Of a DNA stretch of 39,399 nucleotides, positions 9,557 through 18,946 are shown piece after piece. The notes beneath the pieces were generated by a model. That model worked only from the letters and a program-made list of their open reading frames with translations. It was not told the origin of the DNA and did no database searches. Each line of letters opens with the position of its first letter. The first letter of the stretch is position 1. Origin of the DNA: Candidatus Iainarchaeum sp. Its GTDB lineage: Archaea > Iainarchaeota > Iainarchaeia > Iainarchaeales > Iainarchaeaceae. Both the position numbers and the translations under genes were made by a program. Where the stretch lies: positions 1-39,399 of the forward strand of contig JBDRLP010000042.1 of NCBI GenBank assembly GCA_043812975.1, written 5' to 3'.

Positions 9557-9958
9557 ATGCAATCAAGAGACTATTACTTTGCTTCTCTTTATATTTTAGC
9601 TTATCTAACTTTGGTTAGAATTCTTGATTTTCTTTTCTCATTTCTAAGTTTTGATATAAAGTATACTGACATGTTTGGCACCATTAATTTTACAGTAATT
9701 GCTTCAACACTGTTTTTTGTTCTTTTAAGCATATTTGCAGTGCATCAAATTTTCAAGAAAAAGATGATTGGATTTTATTCAGGATTAACACTTTATGGTT
9801 TATGGGTAATTTCAACTATAATTTTATTGATTTTTTATTCAACCCCTCTGCTAGGTTACAGTCCTGACTGGTATTTGATAGGGCCAAACATTGTAAGCCT
9901 TATTACTACTGGCGCACTACTTTACATACTATTAAAATCAAAAAAAGAATTTAAGTAA
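9557..9958 (+). CDS. Hypothetical membrane protein (about 4 TM)
   Basis: Hydrophobic ORF filling the gap between folC and fen. Confidence 0.6.
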   Translation: MQSRDYYFASLYILAYLTLVRILDFLFSFLSFDIKYTDMFGTINFTVIASTLFFVLLSIFAVHQIFKKKMIGFYSGLTLYGLWVISTIILLIFYSTPLLGYSPDWYLIGPNIVSLITTGALLYILLKSKKEFK

Positions 9959-9960
9959 AA

Positions 9961-10986
9961 TCAAGACCACTGCCCAAGAGTAGATTGTTTTGTTTTTTCA
10001 TCAAGTTTTTCATACAACTTATTTACTGCATTGGAAACTCTTTCAGTTGAGAAATCATGTTTGTCACAAAGAAAGTCAATAACCTTTTCTTTATCAGGAA
10101 GACCAAACTTTAATGAATAAGCATCTATTGCTTTTGGAGTTTTAAAAATTGCCTCAACAGCTTTGTAATCAAACTCAGGTTCAAAACCAGTTTCCTTAAT
10201 AATTTTTTCAAAAGAATCATTTTCCTTAACAAGTTTCAAAGCAGTCTTGATTCCCACTTTAGGAAACTTTTCATTAAAATCAGTTCCAATAAGAATTCCA
10301 ATCCAAATAAGTTTTTCTCTGGTTATCTGATTTTCTTCCAGAACTTTTTCCAACAAAATCTTTTCAGGTTCAACATCCGCATAAATATTTTTTCCCGGGA
10401 CTTTTCTTTTCCCAGTAACTCCAATATTTCTGTAAAGCAACGGAGCACCAAAAAGTAATGCATCATAATCCTGACTTACGCAACCATCAAGCTTTTTGTC
10501 AACAACCATTGAAACAATTTGTGCTTCACCATCACTCGGCGCCTGAACAACAGGAAAACCCATTAAGGAAACTAATTGTTTCGCATCCTCAATCATTTTT
10601 GGTTCAAGTTTTAATGCACGGCTCCCGAATTTTTTTGCTTCTGCTAAATCACCTTTCTCCAAAGCTTCCTGATGTTTCACAATTGCATCAGTTCTTATTT
10701 CAGTTCTTTTCTTTATTGTTTCAGCTTTCAGTTCATTTGGTTTTCCATCAAAAACAAAAACAGGTTTCACCCCTTTATCAACAAGATTAATTGTTCGGTA
10801 AAATAAACCGGTTAAATGAGAAGTAACATTTCCTTTCGAATCCATTAACGGAGTTCCATCCTGACCCCTTATGCTGGAAAGAAACTGGTAAATAATATTG
10901 TAAGCATCAAAACCAAGAGTCTTGTTGTTCAATTGATTAAGAGAAATATTTTCCCGCGAAACTATATCTCCAATTGCTGTTCCCAT
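9961..10986 (-). CDS. fen: Flap endonuclease 1
   Basis: DAYNIIYQFLSSIR, PVFVFDG, APSDGEAQ, SQDYDALLFG, C-terminal PIP box KQSTLGQW. Confidence 0.97.
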   Translation of the reverse strand: MGTAIGDIVSRENISLNQLNNKTLGFDAYNIIYQFLSSIRGQDGTPLMDSKGNVTSHLTGLFYRTINLVDKGVKPVFVFDGKPNELKAETIKKRTEIRTDAIVKHQEALEKGDLAEAKKFGSRALKLEPKMIEDAKQLVSLMGFPVVQAPSDGEAQIVSMVVDKKLDGCVSQDYDALLFGAPLLYRNIGVTGKRKVPGKNIYADVEPEKILLEKVLEENQITREKLIWIGILIGTDFNEKFPKVGIKTALKLVKENDSFEKIIKETGFEPEFDYKAVEAIFKTPKAIDAYSLKFGLPDKEKVIDFLCDKHDFSTERVSNAVNKLYEKLDEKTKQSTLGQWS

Positions 10987-11072
10987 AGCAATAGTAAGAA
11001 TATGGTAATTGTTAAAACTCTATTCAAGACATTATCCAGCCAAATCAACAAATCAAAAGTCTAATATATAAC

Positions 11073-11086
11073 ATCTTATATAAGAT
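11073..11086. promoter_or_regulatory. Perfect 14-bp palindrome ATCTTATATAAGAT, candidate RHH operator
   Basis: Lies between an AT-rich TATA-like stretch and the start of the RHH gene. Confidence 0.45.
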
Positions 11087-11105
11087 ATTGGCATCAGGTG
11101 TTGAA

Positions 11106-11348
11106 ATGAAGCATTATTCTCTTGTAATTGAAGAAAAGCTGGTAAATCAAGTAGATGAACTAATCAAAAAACACGGTTTATACGCAAGCAGAAGCGATTT
11201 TATCAGGGATTCTGTAAGGCAAAGACTGATTGAAATAAAGAAGCTCCTCGATGAAGGAGAAACCACAATAGTTATTGAAAAGCCAGCGACTGAAAGGAGT
11301 CCCGAAGGGGAGAAAGCGGAAAAGGAACACTTTAGAGGCGTTCACTAG
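11106..11348 (+). CDS. Ribbon-helix-helix (CopG/NikR-like) regulator
   Basis: YSLVIEEKLVNQVDELIKKHGLYASRSDFIRDSVR. ATG 11106 follows AGGTG. Confidence 0.8.
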   Translation: MKHYSLVIEEKLVNQVDELIKKHGLYASRSDFIRDSVRQRLIEIKKLLDEGETTIVIEKPATERSPEGEKAEKEHFRGVH

Positions 11349-11359
11349 AAGATATTTAT

Positions 11360-11439
11360 GTCCTGCCACGACCAGAGGTCCAGGACGGCCGTATTCCCTA
11401 CAGCCGCGGGCCTGCGGCTTGAAACATATGTCTCAAGCC
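11360..11439 (-). ncRNA. Candidate structured small RNA
   Basis: 50/80 G+C in an AT-rich genome. Three stems whose imperfect pairs are G-U only on the minus strand. Confidence 0.5.
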
Positions 11440-11488
11440 ATTTCTTATAGACTTTTAACCCCTTTTACACAAATTCCTATTGATAAAC

Positions 11489-12208
11489 ATGGTTCAGATA
11501 CAGGATAAAGGCAAAAAATTCATTTTGTCATTTTCTGACGAGGAAACAAAAAATCTAAAGCTTAATAAAAACAGAAATTACGAACTTACCAAAGCAAAAG
11601 ACGGCTTATGGGTTTTGATTGAAGGCAGTGAAAATTCTGTTATTGATGATGCTGAAAAAAAAATAATTGGCCTTCTAACAAAACTTTCATTAAGTGAAAA
11701 AGTTGAAGGAACTTTTGAAAAAAATTTGAAACCCGAAGATTTGATAAAATTCAACCAGCTTCTTAAAGACAGAAAAATTGAAAAGTTCAAATTAAATGAG
11801 TCTTACAAAAAAGCAGTTTACCAGCTTGCTGGACAGGGAAAAAAAAATTATGACAATAAAGAAAAAGAAATTCAGGATTACACTCTGGAAAAAGACGGAT
11901 TTTTAGTTGTTAAAAATGAACAAAGAGCTAAAGCATTAAGCAATGAGTTACAGGAACAAATAAAGGAAGGAAAAATTAAAGGAACACGCGCATTCACAGG
12001 AGAATTTTATATAATAGAAAGTGAATTGCTGAATTCTGTAGAAAAAAAAGCACTCAAAGAACTCAAGGCACAAAAAACCAGCGACTTAGGTACTTTAAGC
12101 AAAAACACAAAACTTACAAACACTATTTTGAGAATCGCATTTGAATTCTTAAAAGAGGATGGGCAAGTGATTGAAAAGAAAAAAGATTATTACCAGTATA
12201 TAGAGTGA
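11489..12208 (+). CDS. Hypothetical protein, probable C-terminal winged-helix
   Basis: Long ORF with native codon usage. C-terminal LSKNTKLTNTILRIAFEFLKEDGQVIEKK is wHTH-like. Confidence 0.6.
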   Translation: MVQIQDKGKKFILSFSDEETKNLKLNKNRNYELTKAKDGLWVLIEGSENSVIDDAEKKIIGLLTKLSLSEKVEGTFEKNLKPEDLIKFNQLLKDRKIEKFKLNESYKKAVYQLAGQGKKNYDNKEKEIQDYTLEKDGFLVVKNEQRAKALSNELQEQIKEGKIKGTRAFTGEFYIIESELLNSVEKKALKELKAQKTSDLGTLSKNTKLTNTILRIAFEFLKEDGQVIEKKKDYYQYIE

Positions 12209-12212
12209 TTAC

Positions 12213-12581
12213 ATGACTGTGTTGATACCACTTTTGTCAGAAAAGGAAAATGACGAAGAGTTTCTTGAGCAAGCGCTCAAAGGAACCAAAGAAGTTATTC
12301 TGCTTATTGTTGTTGATGCAGATTCTAAAGAAGAATTTGGTTTTGCTGCTTCACATATTCAAACAGCAAGACTTGTAATGGAAGAAGTAAAAGCAACAAT
12401 AGGAAAAAAAAGAAAACGATCAGAAGACATTATTGAATGGGGAGATACTAAAAACAAAATAATGAACATTGCTTTACTTAGAAAAGTTGACCGTGTTATT
12501 CTTAAAAAACAGGAAAACCAATATTTCGATGAATTGATAAAAAACCTTGAAAAAGAAAAAATTGAAGTTAAGGTTATTTAA
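12213..12581 (+). CDS. Universal stress protein-like protein
   Basis: VLIPL...VILLIVVD...IEWGDTKNKIMNIA...VDRVIL USP-like topology. Confidence 0.6.
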   Translation: MTVLIPLLSEKENDEEFLEQALKGTKEVILLIVVDADSKEEFGFAASHIQTARLVMEEVKATIGKKRKRSEDIIEWGDTKNKIMNIALLRKVDRVILKKQENQYFDELIKNLEKEKIEVKVI

Positions 12582-13657
12582 CCGTTCACAATTTTTTCAG
12601 CTAATTTCAAATTACTTTTCACTTTCTTCTGGTGTTCCTTCAGGAAAGGAATGAAAAAACCAATCGCGAACTGCTTTAATTCGGAAGCAAGCAATTCCCC
12701 TGAAACAAATTCTTTCCCGATTTTTTCAAGTTCTTTAGTATTAGGGTAATGAAACTTGAGCATCTCATAAACAAGATCAATTTCAAGATTACCGCCTTTT
12801 TTCCTGTGTTCCTCTAAAGTAGGCTGACCTCCGGAAAAAGCCTTTTTGATTTTCTTTTCTGCTTCTTTTAAATCATCACTCAAAAAGATTGCTGTTTCAG
12901 GATGAGAAGCGCTCATTTTAGCGCCTGGTTGTAATCCACTTTGGTGCTTGAAGTAAATAAAACTCGGAACTTCTAAATTATAAGGAAGTCTCTTGGCAAC
13001 ATCTCTGGTTAATCTTGCGTGCGGATCCTGATCAAGACCTATTCCTGTAATACTTGGCATGCGCCCTTCAAACTCTTCAAGCTGAGGGTGCATAATATCA
13101 GCATACTGCAAGAAGTTTGCACCTACTTTCCCTAAATCAACATGACCATAAACCGCTTCAAAAGTATTCTTAGTAATTTTTTTACTCAACTCAAAAGCAA
13201 ATTCATAATAACGATTTTCTTTCCTTGACTGAACATAAACATCATTTTTTCCTAAACCTAAAGCCAGAGCATCTGCAACATTTTTCACAGCCCACTTTTT
13301 AGCAGTTTTAAGATCAGGAATTTTATTATCAGGCCTGCTAAGAAAAGCATCAATATCCGAAACAGCAAAATAATTTTTTGCTCCTTTCTTTTTGAAAAAT
13401 TTGAACAAATCAATGTCAACTTTATGCCCCAAATGATAAGGACCGGAAGCAGCTATTCCTGTGATGTTCACAAATGGTTTTTTTGAATCGATTCTTTTCG
13501 CAACCTTGTCAAAGTCACGGTGTGCTACAATAATATTTCTTTCAAACAAATAATGATCAAGCTTAATGCTATCTGGAAGATGCTTTAAGCCAAATTCCTT
13601 GAAAACGTGCTCATAGTCACTGACCTTTAACTGACCCCATGGATCGATTTCTTTCAA
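12578..13657 (-). CDS. trpS: Tryptophanyl-tRNA synthetase
   Basis: IDPWG start, HLGH (HIGH), GLDQDPH..LTRD, KMSAS (KMSKS), AFSGGQPTLEEHRKKGGN. Confidence 0.93.
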   Translation of the reverse strand: MKEIDPWGQLKVSDYEHVFKEFGLKHLPDSIKLDHYLFERNIIVAHRDFDKVAKRIDSKKPFVNITGIAASGPYHLGHKVDIDLFKFFKKKGAKNYFAVSDIDAFLSRPDNKIPDLKTAKKWAVKNVADALALGLGKNDVYVQSRKENRYYEFAFELSKKITKNTFEAVYGHVDLGKVGANFLQYADIMHPQLEEFEGRMPSITGIGLDQDPHARLTRDVAKRLPYNLEVPSFIYFKHQSGLQPGAKMSASHPETAIFLSDDLKEAEKKIKKAFSGGQPTLEEHRKKGGNLEIDLVYEMLKFHYPNTKELEKIGKEFVSGELLASELKQFAIGFFIPFLKEHQKKVKSNLKLAEKIVNG

Positions 13658-13716
13658 ATAAATTCACCTTTTAAATTAATTCATTACAAGTATTAATAAC
13701 AATCAGGTGGTTCAAA

Positions 13717-14226
13717 ATGGCATTTTTAGTTGATGATAAAGCAATATTAAGAGACAAAAAACTCGGAGACCAGCTTAGACAAAGAGGCTTCGGAGAACAA
13801 AAATCCAAAGAATTAGTGTTAGACTTATTTGAGACTGCTTATTTACTTGAAAAGGGAACAATCAAAATTGAAGATTCCAAGGAAAAACACATTGATTCTG
13901 AAGAACTAATCAAATACGCTTCCAAAAAAATCAAGAATTATTATTTAAAATACCAAGTATTCAATGACCTCAGAGAAAGAGGTTTTGTTATAAAAACCGG
14001 TTTTAAGTTCGGATTCGATTTCAGGGTTTATCCTCGCGGAAAAAAACCAGGGCAGGCCCATTCTCAGTGGTGTATTAATGTTACAGCACAACAGGATAGG
14101 TATAACTTTATTGAGCTAAGCAGAATGGTCAGGTTAGCAGGAAACCTGAAAACAAAACTCCTTAATGCAGTTGTTGATTCTGAAAATGAAATCAATTACT
14201 ATGAAGTAACAAGAATTACTCCCTAA
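13717..14226 (+). CDS. endA: tRNA-splicing endonuclease (single-unit type)
   Basis: LDLFETAYL, DLRERGFVIKTGFKFGFDFRVY...HS, AVVDSENEINYY. Confidence 0.92.
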   Translation: MAFLVDDKAILRDKKLGDQLRQRGFGEQKSKELVLDLFETAYLLEKGTIKIEDSKEKHIDSEELIKYASKKIKNYYLKYQVFNDLRERGFVIKTGFKFGFDFRVYPRGKKPGQAHSQWCINVTAQQDRYNFIELSRMVRLAGNLKTKLLNAVVDSENEINYYEVTRITP

Positions 14227-14251
14227 CTTTTAAGCTGGAAAGGATTGTTCC

Positions 14252-14932
14252 ATGACAACTAAATTAGAAGCTATCAAAAGAGGCTGTAAGCTTAACGATC
14301 AGATTTTTTCAAAAGTAGTTGCAAAACTAAAATCAAAGGAATTCAAAACTGAAAAAGACGTTTCTAGATTTATTAATAAAGAAATCAAAAAAGCAGGTGC
14401 AAAAAAAGCATTCAACACAATTGTTGCTTCAGGTTCTAATGCAGTTAACTGGCACCACAAACCAACTACAAAAAATCTCCGAAAAGATTTTTGCGTAATT
14501 GATTTCGGCTCAAAGTTCAGTGGTTATTGTTCTGATATTACCAGAACGGTTTTTCTTGGAGAAGCCAGTAAAAACGAACTAAGGATTTACAACATAGTAA
14601 AAAGAACTCAGGAAAAATGCATTAAAAAAATCAAAGAAGGAACCAACACTAACGAGCTTTACTTATTCGCAAAAAAAAGTTTTGGTGCTTATGCAGATTA
14701 TTTTGGCCACGGCCTTGGACATGGGTTAAGCAAAAAAATCCATGACAAGCCAAGAATAGGAAAAAAAGAATCAAAACTAAAAGCAGGGCAGATTATTACG
14801 ATAGAACCTGGGATTTATATTCCTCGATTGCTTGGAATCAGGGTTGAAGATGATATACTTGTTAAGAAAAATGGTTACTTGGTTCTTTCAAAAAGCCCAA
14901 AAAGACTTATTGAAATTAACCCTAAGATTTAA
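14252..14932 (+). CDS. M24 family Xaa-Pro peptidase (catalytic domain only)
   Basis: DFG..YCSDITRT, GHGLGHG..IHD, TIEPGIY, GIRVEDD metal ligands. No N-terminal creatinase domain. Confidence 0.88.
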   Translation: MTTKLEAIKRGCKLNDQIFSKVVAKLKSKEFKTEKDVSRFINKEIKKAGAKKAFNTIVASGSNAVNWHHKPTTKNLRKDFCVIDFGSKFSGYCSDITRTVFLGEASKNELRIYNIVKRTQEKCIKKIKEGTNTNELYLFAKKSFGAYADYFGHGLGHGLSKKIHDKPRIGKKESKLKAGQIITIEPGIYIPRLLGIRVEDDILVKKNGYLVLSKSPKRLIEINPKI

Positions 14933-14956
14933 ATTGCAAATGGAAGTTACTTTTTT

Positions 14957-15466
14957 ATGGTACGAAGAAATGTCAAACATAAAAAAAAGAGAAGAGATAA
15001 CGAGAGAATGCAACCTCAAAGGAGTGTTCTGATTCCTTTCGGGTCTTTTGAAAGAGTCGCATCGCGAATGAAAAGAGCAATACCACAACAAACTTATTTA
15101 CACAGGATAAATAACTGGGGAAATATAAAAAGAAAAGAACTCGGTTTTGGGGATGCAAGAGAAAGCTCTGAAAGAATAAACGAAAAAATAGAGTTAATCA
15201 AAAGATCGCATGAAAGCGGAAGACTTACTGAGAATTCTCTTCACAAGCATGCTTTTGGTTTGGAACAACTCGCATGCAGGCTCACGGATGAGGTTCTGCT
15301 AGTTAATCATGGAAAATTAAAGCGAGCAGATAGAGAAAAAACCCTTGAACAAATGTTTTCGGCTGAAGAATGGAATGCTGCTTATTTGAAATATATGGGG
15401 GAACTTTGGCATTTGATGCCGGCTCCACTACAACAAATCATGATTGAAAGATTAATGGAAAAATAA
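14957..15466 (+). CDS. Hypothetical protein with very basic N-terminus
   Basis: 169-aa ORF filling the intergenic space. No recognised family. Confidence 0.55.
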   Translation: MVRRNVKHKKKRRDNERMQPQRSVLIPFGSFERVASRMKRAIPQQTYLHRINNWGNIKRKELGFGDARESSERINEKIELIKRSHESGRLTENSLHKHAFGLEQLACRLTDEVLLVNHGKLKRADREKTLEQMFSAEEWNAAYLKYMGELWHLMPAPLQQIMIERLMEK

Positions 15467-15482
15467 AATAAAAAAAATAGAA

Positions 15483-15569
15483 TTGAAGGAAAAATTCCCC
15501 TCAACCAATAAAGGCGAAGCCAAGTCCAGTCGAAGACTGGACAGTCGCACCAAACCGCCGAAACGGTTT
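15483..15569 (-). terminator. Multi-hairpin 3' region and T-rich terminator of the histone gene
   Basis: Hairpins AAACCG/CGGTTT, GTCCAGTC/GACTGGAC, GGC/GCC and TTGAG.GGAA/TTCCTTCAA, followed by T tracts on the minus strand. Confidence 0.5.
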
Positions 15570-15745
15570 TAGAAGTCTACGCCTCTAACTGTTTTTCTGC
15601 CGTTAGATTTTGCTCTCTCTGCCGCTTTTGTTATCATGCCAGCTACAATTTCGCTCAAAGCATCTGTTGCATCTCCAGCAGTATTACATCCTGCAGCTTT
15701 AATAGCATCCTTAACTTTTGATCCTACAACTAATGAATCACCCAT
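15569..15745 (-). CDS. Short histone-fold protein (58 aa), similar to non-nucleosomal Bd0055/face-to-face type histones
   Basis: MGDSLVVGSKVKDAIK...AAERAKSNGRKTVRGVDF (RKTV..D). Strong SD GGAGGTGG before ATG 15745. Confidence 0.85.
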   Translation of the reverse strand: MGDSLVVGSKVKDAIKAAGCNTAGDATDALSEIVAGMITKAAERAKSNGRKTVRGVDF

Positions 15746-15873
15746 TAGTTCCACCTCCAAAATTATCATTCCCTCTAAATAAGGGAAGCTGATTAACTCA
15801 AGAAAAAAAGATTTATAAATAAATATCACAAAACAGGCGTTTTTAGGCTAAATTTAAGGGTTTTTGGAGTATT

Positions 15874-17553
15874 TTAGTCACAATCAGTAATTGCGCCTTC
15901 ACTTGCTCGACCCACGGTTTTTGCATATTTTCTCAAAACACCAGTATATTTCATTGGTTTCGGCTTCCAGTTTTTCATTCTTTTTTCAATTTCTTCATCA
16001 CTTAAGTCGACTGAAAGTTCTTTATTATCAGTATTAATTGTAATCATATCGCCTTCTTTCAGAACACCTATTAATCCGCCAGCCTGTGCTTCCGGACAAA
16101 CATGCCCAACAACCAACCCATGGGTTCCCCCGGAAAATCTTCCATCAGTAATCAAACCAACTTTGTCCCCCAAACCTTCACCAACAAGAGCTGCAGTTGG
16201 CGCAAGCATCTCTCTCATTCCTGGTCCGCCTTTTGGACCTTCATAACGAATAACAATAACTTCTCCTTCTTTTATTTTTTTGTTCAAAATTGCATCAAGA
16301 CATTCTTCTTCTGATTCAAAAATTCTTGCAGGTCCAATTATTGAAGTTTTTTTCAATCCAGAAACCTTTGCAACGCAACCATTAGGTGAAAGATTTCCTT
16401 TCATGATTACCAAGTGGCCAGTTTTTCTCAGAGGATTTTCTAAACTTCTTACAATTTCATGATGATCTGTAAGTCCTGGAAAGTTTTCGTAATTTTCTTT
16501 CAAAGTTTTTCCTGTTACAGTCATCGTGTCTCCGTGTAATAGATTAGCATCAAGTAAAACTTTCATTACTCCTGCTGATCCACCTACTTTTGCAAGGTCA
16601 GCCATTACAAATTTTCCTGATGGCTTTAAGTCTGCAAGATGCGGAACTTTTTCAGCGATTTTATTAAAATCCTCTATTTTCAAATCAACACCGATTGTTT
16701 TTGCCATTGCTAATAAATGTAAAACTGAATTAGTTGAACCGCCAAGAGCCATTACAACAGCGATAGCATTTTCAAAAGCTTTTCTTGTAAGGATATCTTT
16801 TGGTTTAATATTTTTTTCAATAAGTTTAAGCACTGCTTTTCCTGCTTCCGCAGAATCATCTTTTTTCTCTTTACTTTCACCTGGGTTTGAAGCAGAACCA
16901 GGAAGACTCATACCTAAAGCTTCAATAGCAGTAGCCATTGTATTAGCCGTGTACATTCCTCCGCAGGAACCATGTCCTGGGCAGGCATTACATTCAATTC
17001 CTTTGAATTTTTCAGCATCAATTTTTCCTGCAGCATACTGTCCAACTGCTTCAAAAATACTTACAATATCAACAGCTTTGCCATCATATTCTCCAGGCAT
17101 TATCGTTCCACCATAAACAAAAACACTTGGAATATTTAATCTTGCAATTGCAATTAAGCAACCAGGCATGTTTTTGTCACAGCCTCCAAAAGCAACAAGA
17201 CCATCAAAAGCCTGAGCATTACCAACAACCTCAATTGAATCTGCAATAACTTCTCTTGAAACTAAAGAGTACTTCATTCCTTCAGTACCCATTGAGATTC
17301 CGTCGCTTACAGTTATTGTTCCAAAAGTTTGAGCTTTTCCATTAGAATTTTCAACAGCTTTCTTTGCTTCTATTGCTAATTTGTTAATGTGTGCATTGCA
17401 TGGAGTTATTTCACTCCATGTTGAAGCAATTCCAATAATTGGTTTTTCAAAATCAGCATCCTTAAAACCAACAGCTCTAAGCATAGCTCTGTTTGGTGCT
17501 CTTTTGTCTCCTTCAGTTATTCTGGAACTTCTTTCATTTAGTTTTGTACTCAT
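15874..17553 (-). CDS. ilvD: Dihydroxy-acid dehydratase
   Basis: [51 protein letters not shown]. Confidence 0.97.
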   Translation of the reverse strand: MSTKLNERSSRITEGDKRAPNRAMLRAVGFKDADFEKPIIGIASTWSEITPCNAHINKLAIEAKKAVENSNGKAQTFGTITVSDGISMGTEGMKYSLVSREVIADSIEVVGNAQAFDGLVAFGGCDKNMPGCLIAIARLNIPSVFVYGGTIMPGEYDGKAVDIVSIFEAVGQYAAGKIDAEKFKGIECNACPGHGSCGGMYTANTMATAIEALGMSLPGSASNPGESKEKKDDSAEAGKAVLKLIEKNIKPKDILTRKAFENAIAVVMALGGSTNSVLHLLAMAKTIGVDLKIEDFNKIAEKVPHLADLKPSGKFVMADLAKVGGSAGVMKVLLDANLLHGDTMTVTGKTLKENYENFPGLTDHHEIVRSLENPLRKTGHLVIMKGNLSPNGCVAKVSGLKKTSIIGPARIFESEEECLDAILNKKIKEGEVIVIRYEGPKGGPGMREMLAPTAALVGEGLGDKVGLITDGRFSGGTHGLVVGHVCPEAQAGGLIGVLKEGDMITINTDNKELSVDLSDEEIEKRMKNWKPKPMKYTGVLRKYAKTVGRASEGAITDCD

Positions 17554-17617
17554 ATAGAAAAATTCGTTGGAAAACCTTTTTTAACCAAAGGTATGCTCAG
17601 ATATAATGTGATTTATA

Positions 17618-18184
17618 ATGCCTGAAATCACTGAAACACAGTATTTTACAAATCGAAAAGAATGGAGAAAATGGCTCAGAAAAAATCATGCGAAAAAGAA
17701 AGAGGTTTGGCTGATTTATTACAAAGTTAGTTCATGCAAACCAAGGATTCCATATGATGACGCTGTTGAAGAAGCAATTTGTTTTGGGTGGATTGACTCA
17801 ATTGTAAAAAGCATTGATGATGAAAAATATTGCCAAAGGTACACGCCGAGAAACAAAAAAAGCATCTGGTCCGAACTTAATCTCGAGCGCGTTAAAAAAA
17901 TGATTAAACAAAAAAAGATGACTAAAATCGGTTTTGAAAAACTTGGAAATGCACTTGAGACAGGTCCTTCAATAAAAAGAATTACTCCAAAAGTTCCTGC
18001 GGATCTGGAGAAAGCTCTTTCAAAAAACAAGAAAGCTCTTGGGAATTTTGAAAAGTTTGCTCCTTCAAATAAAAGACATTACATCTGGTGGATTGAAGAA
18101 GCTAAAAGACCGGAAACACGAGAGCGTAGAATCAAAAGAGTAATCGGATTTTCAAAAGAAAACAAAAAATTAGGGGAAATGTGA
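17618..18184 (+). CDS. YdeI/OmdA (bacteriocin-protection) family protein
   Basis: EWRKWLRKNH, EEAICFGWIDS, TPRNKKSIWSELN, WIEEAKRPETRERRI. Confidence 0.9.
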   Translation: MPEITETQYFTNRKEWRKWLRKNHAKKKEVWLIYYKVSSCKPRIPYDDAVEEAICFGWIDSIVKSIDDEKYCQRYTPRNKKSIWSELNLERVKKMIKQKKMTKIGFEKLGNALETGPSIKRITPKVPADLEKALSKNKKALGNFEKFAPSNKRHYIWWIEEAKRPETRERRIKRVIGFSKENKKLGEM

Positions 18185-18245
18185 ATATTAAAAAAACCTG
18201 CAAAAAAAAAGAAAGTATAATATAGGCATTCAACTCATCTTTTCT

Positions 18246-18788
18246 ATGGCAAAACAACCCATCAAGACAAGGGCAAGAAGAATCAAAAGTAAAGCAGGCA
18301 TGAGAGTTGCAGAAGTCAAAGACTGGTTCAGAAGGAGGCCCGTCATAAAAGCCCACGAGGTTGGCGCCACTAAAAACAAGCATGTTCTGATACAAGAACC
18401 AACAATAATAAATCTGGACGGAAAAGAAGTTTTCCAGGCAAAATTTGTCGCACCAAGACTTGGCTCGCCACTTAACCCTTATCATGACCATGTTATTGCG
18501 ATAGCTATTCAGACAGCAGTACACCAAGCAGTAATAGGTTCATTAAAAAAATTCAGGGGCTTGAAAAGAACTGCTGTTCCACTAATGGGCATTAAGGAAC
18601 TCAAGATACATAAGGGAATTCCGCAAAAAGCAGGAGTACTCATAAGATTAGAAGAAATTGAAATAGGAAGAAAATTAAAAAAAGAATTTTATTGCAGGAT
18701 ATTCGATGAAGAAAACGGTGATGTTTACATGGATGGTGTTATCACCGTTGGACTAGTATCGAAAAAACAACCAAAACCCAAAAAATAA
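18246..18788 (+). CDS. Hypothetical protein, possible AfsA-like hotdog fold
   Basis: EVG....HVLI ... PYHDHV...IQTAVHQA followed by beta strands. Confidence 0.4.
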   Translation: MAKQPIKTRARRIKSKAGMRVAEVKDWFRRRPVIKAHEVGATKNKHVLIQEPTIINLDGKEVFQAKFVAPRLGSPLNPYHDHVIAIAIQTAVHQAVIGSLKKFRGLKRTAVPLMGIKELKIHKGIPQKAGVLIRLEEIEIGRKLKKEFYCRIFDEENGDVYMDGVITVGLVSKKQPKPKK

Positions 18789-18946
18789 TAGCATTCAAAA
18801 AATTACCAAATTTTAAAAACCTGTGGAACACCTATATTTATTGCCAATGATGACCTGACAATTAACTGGATTCTCTTTAGATAATATAACCTTTGTTAGT
18901 TTCTTATCGCGATAGTTTTTTATTTCGGAAAAATAAGATATACTCG

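Noticed and set aside
11390..11415. CAGGCCCG...GGGA as SRP RNA helix 8
   Set aside because: Lacks the GNRA tetraloop and the AGCA strand, and the region is too short for archaeal 7S RNA.
16102..17116. Antisense or alternate-frame ORFs inside ilvD, and likewise inside thiPQ, fen, clostripain, the ATPase, kefB, bcp and nfo
   Set aside because: Shadow ORFs of well-supported genes.
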